Origin: Phyllosticta citribraziliensis | Lineage: Eukaryota | Reading direction: 5' to 3' | NCBI RefSeq assembly: GCF_038025025.1 | Contig: NW_027117338.1 | Coordinates: forward strand, 62,001-126,000 | Length of the DNA stretch: 64,000 nucleotides | In this document: positions 38,101-50,077 of the stretch, in pieces | How the letters are laid out: each line of letters starts with the position of its first letter | Position numbering within the stretch: position 1 is the first letter of the stretch | Position numbers and translations under genes: made by a program | The notes under the pieces: generated by a model | Seen by the model: only the letters and a program-made list of their open reading frames with translations | Database searches by the model: none | What the model was told of the DNA's origin: nothing

Positions 38101-39609
38101 GCCAGCGGAAGTGGGGATGAGGATAGCGCGTCGTATATGGAGGCGAGGGCGCGGCGGGTGCGTGTGAGGTTGCAAAGGGAGGGGAAGGGGGAGGGGGAGG
38201 GGGAGGGGAGGTTGAAGTTTGCTAAGGGGTGTGTGGTGATTGTGGCTGTGTTTATTGTTGTGTGGTGAAATGCAGCTCCTTTGGCGCAACTGTGTTTGTC
38301 GGCGACTACCTTCCCTAGATGCGGCTGCAGCCGGGTCTCATTCTTGTAGTACCCACTGCAGGAAGCAGACTGCGGGCTGATGTTTGGGAGCGATCATTGT
38401 TCAAAGCAGAGTGCGTAATAGACGACCTGGGATGGAGGCAGAGGCAGTCGAATCCAGAAAACGCCAGGCCATATTTGCGTACACAACGCAAAAGAAGAGA
38501 TGAGATAAGAGTGACAGGGCCCTACTCACCGTCCAACGTATTTTACCTGATCATCGGCAATGTCTGCCAGTCAGGCCAGTCGGCAACTCCAAAACGAAAC
38601 TGTAAAGCCAGCAGCAGAGCAGCGAGCATACGTCCACATGCATACCTACTTCCCCAGCACCCCTGAGCCAACTGCATTCGCGTCGCAAGAACACTGTTCA
38701 CCAGGCGCAAGACCAACGGGAATAACAGCAAGCAAGCCAGCAAGCAAGCAAGCAAGCATCGGGTCAGGGGTGAAGCGGGAACTCGGCAGACGATCCGCGC
38801 TGTCGGGTCCTACCCGTACGAGACGGATACGCGCAGAGAAAGCAAACGAAGGGCCTCCCACTTCCCAACCACCAACTACCGAATCAACGAGCCGAGCAGC
38901 ATCTGGACGGCGTGATGAGATGAGAGATGGAGACGAGCAGTGGGGTCGTCTGCGCGAAACGGCAACAAGATTGACTCGGGGGAGGGAGTAGGCAGGGCAG
39001 GGGAGTGGGCAAGCGCTGCAATAATGATCCAGCGTGCGTGGGTCGCGTTTGGTGCTGTCCGTCGCCGTCGGCCTGCCCTGCCCGAGGCTGCTATTCGTGG
39101 ATATGACCTTGGGCCTTGTCCTTGTCCGTCGCGCTGGTCCGTGGGCTCGGTGATCTGAGGGCCGTGGCGGACCCAGACCAAAGGCTCGGACCGGCTGGTG
39201 CGCCTGTGTGCTGCGGGTAAGGTACGCAGCCGAGGGGAATTGTGGGTTTGGGACGGAATCTTTTCCGCAGATCGACAGATGGACGCTTTGGGGTTGTATG
39301 GGATTCTTCGTTGTGTCGATTGCCTGCGTATGCAGGCTCAGGGATAGAGCAGCGTGTTGTGGAGCGCAAATGGTGGCTGAGGTCGTGATAGGGATCACGA
39401 CAGCTTTTGAATCTCGCTGCAACGGTGGACATCTGCTCCCAAAGCGCAACTGTAGATGCAGACGACTGCTCCCTAGGTGCAAGTGTAGTGATGAACGAAC
39501 ACTCCCATGGCTTTTGAGTGCTATGAAAAGGAAGTGTGGGATGAGCGCGGACAAGGTAAATGCTAAACAGGGAGGGGAATTAGCGCTGTCCACAGAAACA
39601 ATATCAAGA

Positions 39610-40130
39610 CAACTTCAAACGTCGCAACGAGTCGACATCGAGTCCTGTCTTCCCGTTATAGAAGAGGAGTACGTCGGCGGCGGTGCTGTGTGGACCGTTC
39701 GGGTGTCGAGAAGGGGATGGTCCAGGAACACCACAGGAGAGATACCAACGTCAAACGTCGCAACGACTCGATGTCGAATTCTGCTTTCCTATTATGGAAG
39801 AAGAGTGCGTCGGCGGCGGTGCTATGTGGACCGTTCGGGTAGCAAGGCAGAGATAGTCCAGGAACACCACAGGAGAAATACCAACTTCAAACGTAGCAAC
39901 GACTCGATGTTGAATTCTGTTTTCCTGTTATGGAAGAGAGTGCGTCGGCGGCGGTGCTATGTGGACCGTTCGGGTAGCAAGGCAGAGATGGTCCAGGCAC
40001 ACCACAGATGAAGTGGAGTAGGAGTACCAACTTCAAACGTCGGAATGAATCGACGGCGAGACCAGCATTTCCTTTCCCGGACATAAGATCCTTGATGTCC
40101 TGGTTTCTGTGTGCTATTTGGACCGTGACA
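39610..40130 (+). repeat. Tandem repeat, ~136-bp unit x3 plus a degenerate fourth copy
   Basis: Unit starts 39610/39746/39882/40028 share CGTCGGCGGCGGTGCTRTGTGGACCGTTCGGGT and GTCCAGGAACACCACAG. Confidence 0.95.
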
Positions 40131-43100
40131 GAGCGAACGTGGCACCGGAGACGGCAGATGCATGGCCACGGCTGGGATGTCTTCGCCTCGTAACATGCAG
40201 ACCTGATTTGTTTTCAATCACCTGCAGGTCTAGTAGACTCTTGTGACCCAAGGCGAATTCAATTGTCCAAGACTTCGAAACAGTGCTGATATGGCGTCAT
40301 ATCTGGGTTATAGGACAAGATCTGGACAAGACTTGGTGGCAAAGGGTACGGAGACGGGGATCCGGACGCAGATGAACCGGACGCAGGATGGATGGCCCAT
40401 TTGCCCAATTGCAAGGGGCTCACTTGCAAGAAAACAACTTCAATCGTCTGACTGAGTCGAAAGTGTCTAGTGTGGGTGCTGCTCCGACCATTGTACGCGC
40501 CCCGTCACGTCAGCGCTTGAGCCGCATGCATATGGAGGGCGGGGGTCCGCGGACGACGAGCCTCGCCGGGCGTGGGCAGCGAAGTTGGGCAAAGGCAGAC
40601 AGGGAAGCCGCAGTGGCAATGGGGGCGCGTGGATTGATGGGCCGTAGTCTGGCTGCAGTGCAGGGCAAAGACAAGTTCAAACGTCGTGCCTGAATCGATA
40701 AGTCGAACGTTTGCCTATCCAGGCTAATATCCGACGGCGGTCGTTGGGTGGACCGCATGGGAGCAACCTTGAGAAGTGGCGACGACAGGGAACACGGCTG
40801 GGTCCAAAATAAAAGATTAAATGCTGCCACTCGCGCGAGGCCAAAAGCCAACTTCAACCGTCGGAAATGAATCGAGGGTGTCAGGAGATGGCCTTTGGCG
40901 ATTCACGACGACAGTGGCGAGCTGGCGCGGGGCCACACAGGGCGAGTCGAGGAACAAATTTTGGAGCATCTGGAATGAATCAGAAGCTGTTTTGGCTGAC
41001 TCGGGGGGGTGGATTTTATTACCTGAAGGGCGGGCGTTTCGAGTCGAAGGATGAGAGGTGGTCGGAAGCGTGGGCCGAGGCATCGTGTCAAGCGACGCAA
41101 TGCTGACTCTGAGCAAAGTGTCCATGACTTTTGGGCCTCAGTTAGCGCGGGCTTACGAGCCTGGTGTCGACGTCGTGCTGCGATACGCTGCGAGGCGACT
41201 CATGATGAAGAAATGCAGTGCGCGCGCGTCAGAGAGGGCTGGATGAGTGTGAAGGAAGGGTCAAGGTCGGCTTCAGCCCTGCCGCCACGGTGACGTCAGG
41301 TCAACGCTGGACGGGAATAACCTACAGCACGGTACGGGATGGGATGTACCTTACAAAACGACTGAGATAAGGTTGGTATCGTATGCCATCTTCCCGTATT
41401 TCATGGCAGTCATTGGACGACATGTACCGAACTGCAACAACATCACGTCTGCTGCTGACTTGCCGGCTTTCATCATTTCCGCTCAACACCACCTCATCGC
41501 CATCGACACGGCCATGCTGATGCCCGGACCAGCTCGTCGGCCGTCGGTGCCAGCTCCGTCCTCGCTTGCCGTCTTCGACGCTGCATGACATCTCGCGAGT
41601 CATAAATCCGCGGCGGAACCAGTACCGCGCAACAATATCGATGGACCACGACGACCGAAAAAAAAGGCGGCCCCCTTCCTCTTACCACTTGTCCGCCCCG
41701 CTTGACATTTTCCTTCCAGCCTCTCCTGCCCCTGACGCTTGACAATGACCGTCACCGACTCTGACACGGCTCGCTCTGCCTGCCTGACGCTACTGACTCT
41801 AGTGCTGACTTGATGACTTCTGGAAGCCCGCCGCCGCCGTTGCACGGTCCCGCTGCGTGCCATCCAGGCCACGCTTGCTTTTCCGCACCCGCGCCGTTTG
41901 TGGCGGCACCGCGCGCCCAGGACCAGCCATCCACCGGCCGGTTGCTGGGCGAGATGTGTGACGGGCACCTCTAGACCTCTGCGCACAGAAAGAGGCGTTA
42001 TCTCACTCTGCCAACGTCGAACGTCGGGAAATGAGTCGAGGCCGTTGTTCGACCGCTCCATGGCGACGCCCACGTCATTAATTGTCCACCGTCAAACGTA
42101 GGAAATGAATCGAGCTCTTCCAGGCCCAAAAACAGCCTTGAAGCTGTCCATCGTCACGTGGAGCCGTTCGACCGAGAATTTCTGGTTGCTTCTACGCCAG
42201 CATGCCCAGTAAACCACGGCGTCATGTTGTCACCTTTGGAAAATCGTCCCACGATCTGGGATCTTCTGCGACCAGCCTCAAGAATATCAGGGGCCAGTTT
42301 AGGCGTGTCTTTCCCCTCGACAGACCCCTGATACGGAGCATTCAAGCCACCTCAGACTCCAGTACGTGCTCGAGAGCATCCAGAAGTCTCAAAGAGTAGT
42401 GACAGGGAGCATGTGAGCTCGCTCTTTCCGTTTTACTGCTTGATGTGGCACCGGGCAGCACCCAGGGCTTTTAAGAGCGAGGACAATCGAAATAGGAAGG
42501 CCGGCGTCGTGGGTGTAAGATTCCCAGACCATGTAAAACTGGAGGTTCCTTGCGAGCGGTAGTTCCAGTGGGCTTTTATATGAGTATCCTGCGGACTGCC
42601 TTCACGCCTTTCTTCCCAGCGAAATATGCTCTGGTTGAGACTTTTTCCCATTTCCATCACTCGCACAGTCGAAATTTCTCAAATCGCCCGGCTTTGGCTA
42701 CGAGCTTCGATGCGGTCTCCCGGTCTCATGTCCTCTGCATAAAACATCACACCCCTTTTCTCCCCTTTGTTCTCCTGGTTTTGATCAACTTTAAAAATCT
42801 GCCCATCCAGTCTTGTCAGTCTCTTGCTTGCCGTCGACCGACCGCAGAACCAACGCCTATATGAAAGAGAACACGCCTATTCCTTGAAGCACCAAAACCA
42901 GTACAGTCCACTTGCCAGTCAGACCAAGAGCAAACCAGAAGACCAACCAGCTCCCTGGCCACGATCAGCCGCGCGTGAGGCTCCTCTGCCATCTTTCTAT
43001 CGACTACTCGTGGTCAGGATCGGTCGTCTAGCTCAAAGTTTGCCCCCGTGGATGCAAGTCCAGTGCGCCCGTTTAGTTGACTGCTTCCCTCGCACTTTCC

Positions 43101-43789
43101 GAGCAGTTTCGCGTGAAGCTCTTTCTGGATTGGCTCAACTGGAGGCGGGGTCTAATGTGGTATTCTTCCACAAGCTCTGATGTCGAGGAATCGACTTGCC
43201 TAAAGCCATTTCCTCGTCATCTGTTGGGTCAGGGTCGTTCATCTCGGGGTTGCGAATGCGATCCTCCATTTCAAATTGTCGACCCCAGCTTGGGCGGATT
43301 TCAGCGACCTCTAGGTGGGCTGCTTGCACTTGTCGGCGTCGTTCCTCGTTGTCAGAGGACCTGAGAGGTGAGGCAGTCGCGACCGCATCTGGTTGCGCGC
43401 CTTCCTCGATGGCTCCCATTTCCAACTCTCCCATCCTCTGCTCCTCCACTTCATCCACCACATCCTGCACCCTCCTCCACAAAGCACCTCGCCCTCGTCG
43501 TCTCGCACTCGTTCTATCACGCTGAAGGTACGTCTGTCTTTGAGCGCGCCGCATCTTCCCTCACCCCCAGACGCTGGACTTTGAGCTCAAGGCTTTGCTT
43601 ACCGCGCAGCCGCGTTTGAGCTTCAGCTCAAGGCATCGTCTCGCTCAAACCTGGGCTTTCTGCATTACCTTGCTTGAATTTGAGCTCGCGACCTCATTTT
43701 GTCCTTAAAATATCGCTTCCCTCTTTGCTGTGGAGCTCCAGCTCTTCTCGAGACTGCATCACTTTCACCTCGTTTGCTAATTCTGCAAC

Positions 43790-44700
43790 CCTTGCAGGAC
43801 TTCCTGGAACGCTACAGGACTATCAGGCGCTGCACAATCCAGACAAACACCACCAACATGTAGGCATTACTCACATGAAGCGGTGGTATTCAAGAACTGA
43901 CACGTCGCTTTCACAAGGTCGCTGCATCATCAATACCGTGAATACCTTCAGACAGTTTTTGGCTCCGTTTCTGGCCCTCCGGTCCCACCGGCGTCAGTAG
44001 GCGTCGGTCAGCAGACCGACGCTGCTGCTAGTAAGAATCAGAATCAAATTTTTGTCGACCAATTGCTAATTCATTGACAGTCAACCTTGGAGCTGTCGAG
44101 ACTGCACCTGAGGCTGTGGAGACGACCGCGGTTGACGAGTCACCGGCACCAGTTGGTATCGGCCGGCAGACCGAGGCGGCTGCTGGTAAGGACACAAATC
44201 ATCACACTTGTCAGACAATCACTAATTCGTCAACAACTGCTACTACTGCTTTGATGCGCTTCCCTGATGATGATGATGAAGATATCATGTCGCAGGTGTG
44301 CCCAGATCACCTCCGAGGACAGCGATGCCGCTTGGGCCGAGAACTCGGCACTGGCAATCCCGAATTTCCTCGCGATTCCAACATTGATCGATTGTCCTAA
44401 AGCGCCAAGCACATATGCCAAAAAGCTCAAGAACAACAATCCCCGCGATCCCTGCCCGTATCCTGACCATCACGGAACCATGGTCCACATCAAGAAGACC
44501 TGCCGTTCAATCCTTCTAGACACGGCCTGCAACCGTGGTGGTGAGGGCATCTGCCCATTCGGCCATGACAGTGACAGCGCGCAAGGATGCTGAGACCCGT
44601 CGCCGAGCCATCTCACAACATCGCACAGCCGTCTTCCACAATGTCGTCAGGGGCAGGTCCATCCGCTCTTGGCAGGCCAATCCATGCTACATCCCATTCT
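43790..44700 (+). pseudogene. Frameshifted relic of a CCCH zinc-finger protein gene
   Basis: CRSILLDTACNRGGEGICPFGH (C-x8-C-x7-C-x3-H) at 44501-44566 and a broken finger CPDHLRGQRCRLG in another frame. Intron-like segments at 43860-43917 and 44031-44080, with stops and frameshifts. Confidence 0.5.
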
Positions 44701-46047
44701 AAGTTCAGTTCGGGGTTGGCAGTATTGATGTCACTGCCTGCGACCAGCATTCGGGAGTAGCACCAGTAGGTGTCACTACCACAACCGACGGCTGCTTTAT
44801 TTTCTGGATGCTTTCATGGGGAGGTGGTTGGCTTGACTAGAGTTGCCCCGGAGGATACGAACGGTCTGAGGAAACGGAATCTGGTAGTTTACAACAGTCT
44901 TTCTCAATCCACTGCTATGAGCTCTCTCAATCTCCTCGCTGCGCCGGGCTTTGTTGTCTGGAAGAAGCCGGAGGCGCCCTCTGCCTGGCCCGAGCTTCAA
45001 GTCCATTGTATCAAGTAACGCCACACACTTTGCTAACCCCCGAGAAGCATCCATGCGAAGACGACCTAAATCCAACGTCTAACACAGTGACCGAGTCGAG
45101 AGCCTCCACAACGCCGTTGTCTGACATGCACACAATCTGCCACCTCCGCCCACGCTCTATCGTTCTTCCCTGGTCCACCGCTCGTGCGGCCTGCGGTGGT
45201 CTGGAGCAGCGCCAGTGACGCCATTGTTCCCCGCCATCCGTCCATGCCAGCGCCCCATTCCCACACCGCTTTCTTGCCTTCACTTGTATCCCCTGCTTCC
45301 CTTCTTTCTTCCTTGTTTTCTTGACTTGGCTTGTATGTACCCGTACTCCACTACGCCTGTCTGGCATGCTCAGCTCCACTTACCGTACCGTACTGTGCGT
45401 TGCGGCGATGTTCCGCTGCTAAGTAATAGACAGACAGACAGACAGACAGACAGAGACACTGACAGACACAGAGGACAGAGGACGGCGATTCAGGACGAGG
45501 CAGTATGACGAAATGGGCTCGACCGCTCTCATGCGAACCGCTCATTGCGTTCCCGCTTTGCCAGTCGAACAGGCTGTAGCGAGATGCGCTTTCGTCGGGA
45601 ATTTGGTCCTTGGCTACATACGGACATATGTGTACGTGAGCGAGGAAAGAGGAGTGACTGACAGACAGACAGGCAAGGCAAGGAGAGAAGGACCGAGGGA
45701 GAAGAGCACTCATTCAGTGGCTGGCTGGCTGGCATGGATGGTCTATATAGGGTACCTATGCAATCGTTCGCTCGTTCATGATTCGTCCATTCCGTTCGTC
45801 AATCATCATATCATGTCTTCTTCTTCTGCCTCGTGGAGTTTTGATGAGAGAGGGGGGCTCCATGGATGCATGCAACACAATCAATGCAATCATTCCAACC
45901 ATCCGAATTCATGATCCGACCCCAATCCATCGCCAGTTCATCCACGCCAATGCAATCCAACCCAACCCAGAAGCCCCCAAAGCCAACCATCACCACTCCT
46001 TCGCTTTTCCATCCTCACTCTTGACTAGACCCTTTACTTCCCTACTC

Positions 46048-49000
46048 CTACTCCCACTCCCTCCACTCACGCCTGCACTTGTCCATCTCCTCCTTCAGCC
46101 GCTCGACCAACTCGCGGTCCCGGCCGCTCGCAGACGGCTTGCCCCCCGCACCCGCCTCCATGTCGTCGAGGTACTTCCTGAGCCGGCGGTGCCGCGCGCC
46201 AATGTCGCGCTCCGCGGCCCGCCGCTCGCGCACGCGCCGCAGAAAGGGGCCCAGGTCGTCGTCGCGGCACGCGCGCGTCCACGCCCGCCGCATGCGCGCG
46301 CTGTACAGCTGGCACGAGCGGCCCTCGTCCGGAGAGGAAGTGCCGTCGGAAGTGATGCCGCCGTCGGCAGTAGAAGGGTCGCCGCTCCCGACGACGCCCA
46401 GCTCCTGAGCGCCGTCGACGTACTGCAGGGCGCCCGTCACCATGCCGGCGACCTTGGACCCGGCGCGCGCCAGCGGCCACACGGCCTCGTCGTAGCACTC
46501 CTCGCACACGGTGAAGTCGGGCACGCCCGGGATGACGTGCCATAGGGCGCCGAGCAGGGGCGCGTCGCGCTGGCACTCGGTCTTCCACGCGTTGTCCTGG
46601 GCCAGGTCGGCAAAGGGGGCGAGGTCCGGTACACCGCCTCGACGCTTCGACGCCGACGCCTGCACGTCGAGCAGCGCGTCCAGGTACTTGGGGAAGCGGC
46701 GCGACGAGGTGCGCAGGGAGCAGAGGAACTTTGTCGGTGCGGGCGAGGTGGGGGGTTCGCGCTGAAAGGCGCCGCGCAGCGCGGGCATGAGGGCGTCGAC
46801 GCAGCGCACGCAGTGCTGGCACACGTGCAGGTTGGCGATGAAGCCGTCGTTGTACTTGTTGGGCAGACTGTACCAGGTCCGGTGCGCGCGGTGCTTGTCC
46901 GGGCACTCCTTCTCCTCGCCGTCGACGCCCGCCAGCGCCCGCAGCAGCCCCAAGTCCTCGCGCTTCTCCTGCAGCGTGAGCAGCCACGCGATGCGGAACC
47001 ACGGGTTGCCGAGCGCGCACTTCTTGGGATATTCCGGCTCCATGTCGTGCACGCGCTTGAACTCGCGACGGAACGACGTCCGTCGAACTACGTTGTCAAC
47101 GCACTCTGGGCAAAAGTCGAGCGTCAGCGCGCCATCCAGCGTGTACCAGTCGTTGTACTTGGTCGTGTACTCTGGCCGCGGGCAGGCTGGAAGCGGACCG
47201 CTCGGAAACTCCAACTCGGCAGCCTCTTGGCTCTTCTTTTCCCTAGCGAGACCCGACGTCGACCGCCGCGTCGCGTCCGTATCCGAGTATGTGCGTCGAA
47301 TGGCGGGTTTGCGCGCATAGTCAAACTCCTCGTGCAGTCGGCTTGGAATGGGCGTAATGGGCGTGGCCGGCAGCCGCGCGTAATCTGGGAAACTTCTGCT
47401 GGTGGGAGTCTGGGGGCTGTTAGGGAAGAATTGGAAATGCTCTTCCGAGGGCATCAGCTGTTGTGCGTCGTTGTCTGGATAAGGCAACGACGCGACAGCG
47501 GCAGCGGCTGCAGCTGCTGCTACTGCCGGGAGCCTTGCAGAAAGCGGCTGCATGTCTGCCCGCCCAGGCGCGTCTCTCGGATATGGCATCGGCTCGTCGC
47601 GTGGACCCGAATCGCTTCGGCCATGTCGAGACGATGGCCGTGACCGCTCGGGGGGAGGGTTTACCAAGGGGAAAGACGTTGTTCGTTCTAAGCGGTTGCT
47701 CGAAAATTCCACCGGGGACTCGACGCGCGGGGTCCGGGGTTCGAGGTCGAACGACGCGGACAGGGGAGATCCTCCGCGTGATGCATTGCGGGACCCTTGC
47801 TTGGGACCTGGGATGGAGCGGGGATCAACTCTTGGCCGCACTGAATCGTCCTTGGGCCTCAGCATCGGTGACCGCGGCGGGGATGGCGGCAAGTCGTGGT
47901 CTCGAGAGAGCGGTGACGCAGGTCTTGAAGAAGGTCTCGATGCGGTGCCTCTTTGGGTGCTTCCGTACAACGTCTCGCAAGTGCTGCGCCTCAAGGGCAA
48001 GGGCCGGCTCCACGGAAGGTCTCCCGTCAGCATTGCAGATGACTGAGGAGTCAGACCTGCAGAGGAGCCTAAGCTGGAAGGGCTGAATGGAGTCGACCTT
48101 GGCGGCGTGTCGGGTCGCGAGGAGGTCGGTATTGTGGTTCGCACTGAGAGACGTTCTCTGGGGTCGACATCGCGTGATGAGGTGGTATTAAAGTCTTGTC
48201 TGTTTGATTCCACAGGTTTGTAGGAGTAGGGTGTCGATGTTCGCTCCTTTAGGGTTGGCAGGTCTTCTTTCGCGTCTCTGTTGAAAGAGTATGGCGCTGG
48301 TATCCTTTCCTTGTCCAGAGCCTTGGAGTCTTTAGGCGACGAGCTCAACTGGTCTTTGCTAAACGAGTACCTCGTGGTACGCCGCCGCGATCGCATCCGA
48401 GGCACCTCATCCTCATCCAAGTCTGAATCCTCAGAAATGGCACCACCGCTTCGCCCGAGCTTGCGCATGTCAGCCGGTGCTTGTAATGGCGCCTTCTTTC
48501 TCCTCGAGGCGGACTGTCTGGCGTCGGGTGACAAGTAGGCATCGCTGTCGGATCGCACCCTGACCAAGTCCGGCTTGGAGTAGGCATAGGGGGATGGGGG
48601 CCGTCTTGGAGGCTCAATGGGTTTCTTCTTCCTCTCCGTCTGCAGGGGTAGCTTTTTCGAGATATGTGCATCGTCACACGCAGCGTCTTTACGAATGGGA
48701 ACGCCATCCGAGCGCCCGTCTGCATCACCTGCCGCTCCTGGCACGATCACGAAGCGGCGTTCCGGATTGATTTCCTCTTCGACCTCGAGTAGCACCGGTT
48801 CCTGGTCGATAGATCCACGATTAACTGCTTCTTCACCGGCATGCTCGTCCAGCGAGGAATGGTCGTGCTCTTTTGCCCGGGCCTCATTCAAATCCTCGAC
48901 CGTCGGAAAGGGAGGCCATGTCGCCTGCCGTCGATGCCCCGCAGGATATGACACGGACCGGGATAGTGAAGGCTGGTTGCCGTGGCGAGAGGAAGAGTAG

Positions 49001-49185
49001 GAGTAGTCGTCCAGCCGGCGGCGCGAGTACTTCATGTCGGCTGGAGGGAGGGAGTCGTAATTAATGTCGCGGCGGTCCTCGTAGCGAGGCTGGTATGCAT
49101 CGTAGTCGCGCGACCGTGAGGTGTTTGGTTCGTAGCGGCGACCGGGTTGGAGGTGCGAGTTGTCGTGGTAGTGATGGTAGGCCAT
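46048..49185 (-). CDS. 1045-aa protein: Ser/Arg/Pro-rich disordered N-terminus plus a C-terminal Cys-rich domain with repeated W[YH]..CxxC units
   Basis: Long intronless ORF with strong GC3 bias in the C-terminal third. Motifs DWYTL..DFCPECV, TWYSL..HVCQHCV and LWHVI..FTVCEECY. Confidence 0.88.
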   Translation of the reverse strand: MAYHHYHDNSHLQPGRRYEPNTSRSRDYDAYQPRYEDRRDINYDSLPPADMKYSRRRLDDYSYSSSRHGNQPSLSRSVSYPAGHRRQATWPPFPTVEDLNEARAKEHDHSSLDEHAGEEAVNRGSIDQEPVLLEVEEEINPERRFVIVPGAAGDADGRSDGVPIRKDAACDDAHISKKLPLQTERKKKPIEPPRRPPSPYAYSKPDLVRVRSDSDAYLSPDARQSASRRKKAPLQAPADMRKLGRSGGAISEDSDLDEDEVPRMRSRRRTTRYSFSKDQLSSSPKDSKALDKERIPAPYSFNRDAKEDLPTLKERTSTPYSYKPVESNRQDFNTTSSRDVDPRERLSVRTTIPTSSRPDTPPRSTPFSPSSLGSSAGLTPQSSAMLTGDLPWSRPLPLRRSTCETLYGSTQRGTASRPSSRPASPLSRDHDLPPSPPRSPMLRPKDDSVRPRVDPRSIPGPKQGSRNASRGGSPLSASFDLEPRTPRVESPVEFSSNRLERTTSFPLVNPPPERSRPSSRHGRSDSGPRDEPMPYPRDAPGRADMQPLSARLPAVAAAAAAAAVASLPYPDNDAQQLMPSEEHFQFFPNSPQTPTSRSFPDYARLPATPITPIPSRLHEEFDYARKPAIRRTYSDTDATRRSTSGLAREKKSQEAAELEFPSGPLPACPRPEYTTKYNDWYTLDGALTLDFCPECVDNVVRRTSFRREFKRVHDMEPEYPKKCALGNPWFRIAWLLTLQEKREDLGLLRALAGVDGEEKECPDKHRAHRTWYSLPNKYNDGFIANLHVCQHCVRCVDALMPALRGAFQREPPTSPAPTKFLCSLRTSSRRFPKYLDALLDVQASASKRRGGVPDLAPFADLAQDNAWKTECQRDAPLLGALWHVIPGVPDFTVCEECYDEAVWPLARAGSKVAGMVTGALQYVDGAQELGVVGSGDPSTADGGITSDGTSSPDEGRSCQLYSARMRRAWTRACRDDDLGPFLRRVRERRAAERDIGARHRRLRKYLDDMEAGAGGKPSASGRDRELVERLKEEMDKCRREWREWE

Positions 49186-50077
49186 GGGGGTGGAGTAGAG
49201 GAAGCATAGACGTAGGTGAGGGCAAGAGGTGGGAGAGGGAGAGTATTAATCGCAAGGCCAGGCGGCGATGGTCACGCAAGTCGGTGCATGCGTGTGGTGT
49301 GGTGTGGTGTGTGGTGGGGTACCAGGCAATGTATGTAGGCTGACGGAAGCGCATGTATGTCCCATGAGAGCGCATGCAAGTACCGCTCCGCTGCGCCCCA
49401 GGCCTTGGTTGCCCTCACCACCGCACCACAACGACTCGTTCCCGTCTGCGAGCCGCAAAAAGGGGGATATGCCAATGGCGCGCCTGGCTCGTCGCCACTG
49501 TTGCGCAATTGCACCTCTGCCAGCCTCGCGCGCATTCGAGCGATGCGTCTCACGCGCCATGCTCACGACAGCCCCAGAGCCGCACGTCCGCCTCGTCCTG
49601 GTCCTGGTCGCTGCTGTGGCAGTTTGCAAAACGGGCACACCGGTGCCACGTTCGCCTGCATCTCGACTGTGCGAGCGATGGGGCAAAGGTTGTGTGAGTT
49701 TGGGGTGCAGCCCGTATACCTACCTACCTACTTGGACAATGGTGGTGTCATGCGTGCCGTTGCAAAATCACTCCAATCACAGCGTGTTTCCCAGTTGGGC
49801 GTTTTGGCTCTCTGCATCGGCCTCTAGACATTTCCAGGTTGATCCCGATGCCTTGCAGACAGCCTGGCCGGCCGGCTGCATGGCTGCCGACTGCCTCCTC
49901 TCCAACCACGACAAGGGTACCTCACTGTCTCGGCGGTGCGGGCCTCGAAGCTTTTTTATGCTCAGAATGACCCGACCCAAGGCAAGGAAATGTTTGCCAT
50001 GAAACCGCAGCGACCTACTGAACCTACGACGTCCCGACCTGACGTGGCGGCTGACACGCAAAAGAGAAGTGGCTCAT

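Larger units (their letters stand above)
36176..45099 (+). repeat. Dispersed/decayed direct-repeat array; core consensus CAACTTCAAACGTCG-N2-4-[A/C]YGARTCGA
   Basis: Copies start at 36176, 36525, 37052, 39610, 39746, 39882, 40028, 40435, 40672, 40849, 42012, 42087 and (weak) 45073, all on the same strand. Confidence 0.8.

Noticed and set aside
39610..40060. Repeat units as minus-strand coding exons (…DSLRRLKL) or plus-strand Kex2 peptide repeats (NFKRR)
   Set aside because: The unit is 136 nt and the putative exon 76 nt, so frame is not preserved. There is no branch site in the putative intron, core lengths vary 26-28 nt, and substitutions are not biased to synonymous.
39610..42113. Repeat array as a CRISPR locus
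   Set aside because: Eukaryotic context, no cas genes, the 'spacers' are homologous to one another, and spacing is irregular.
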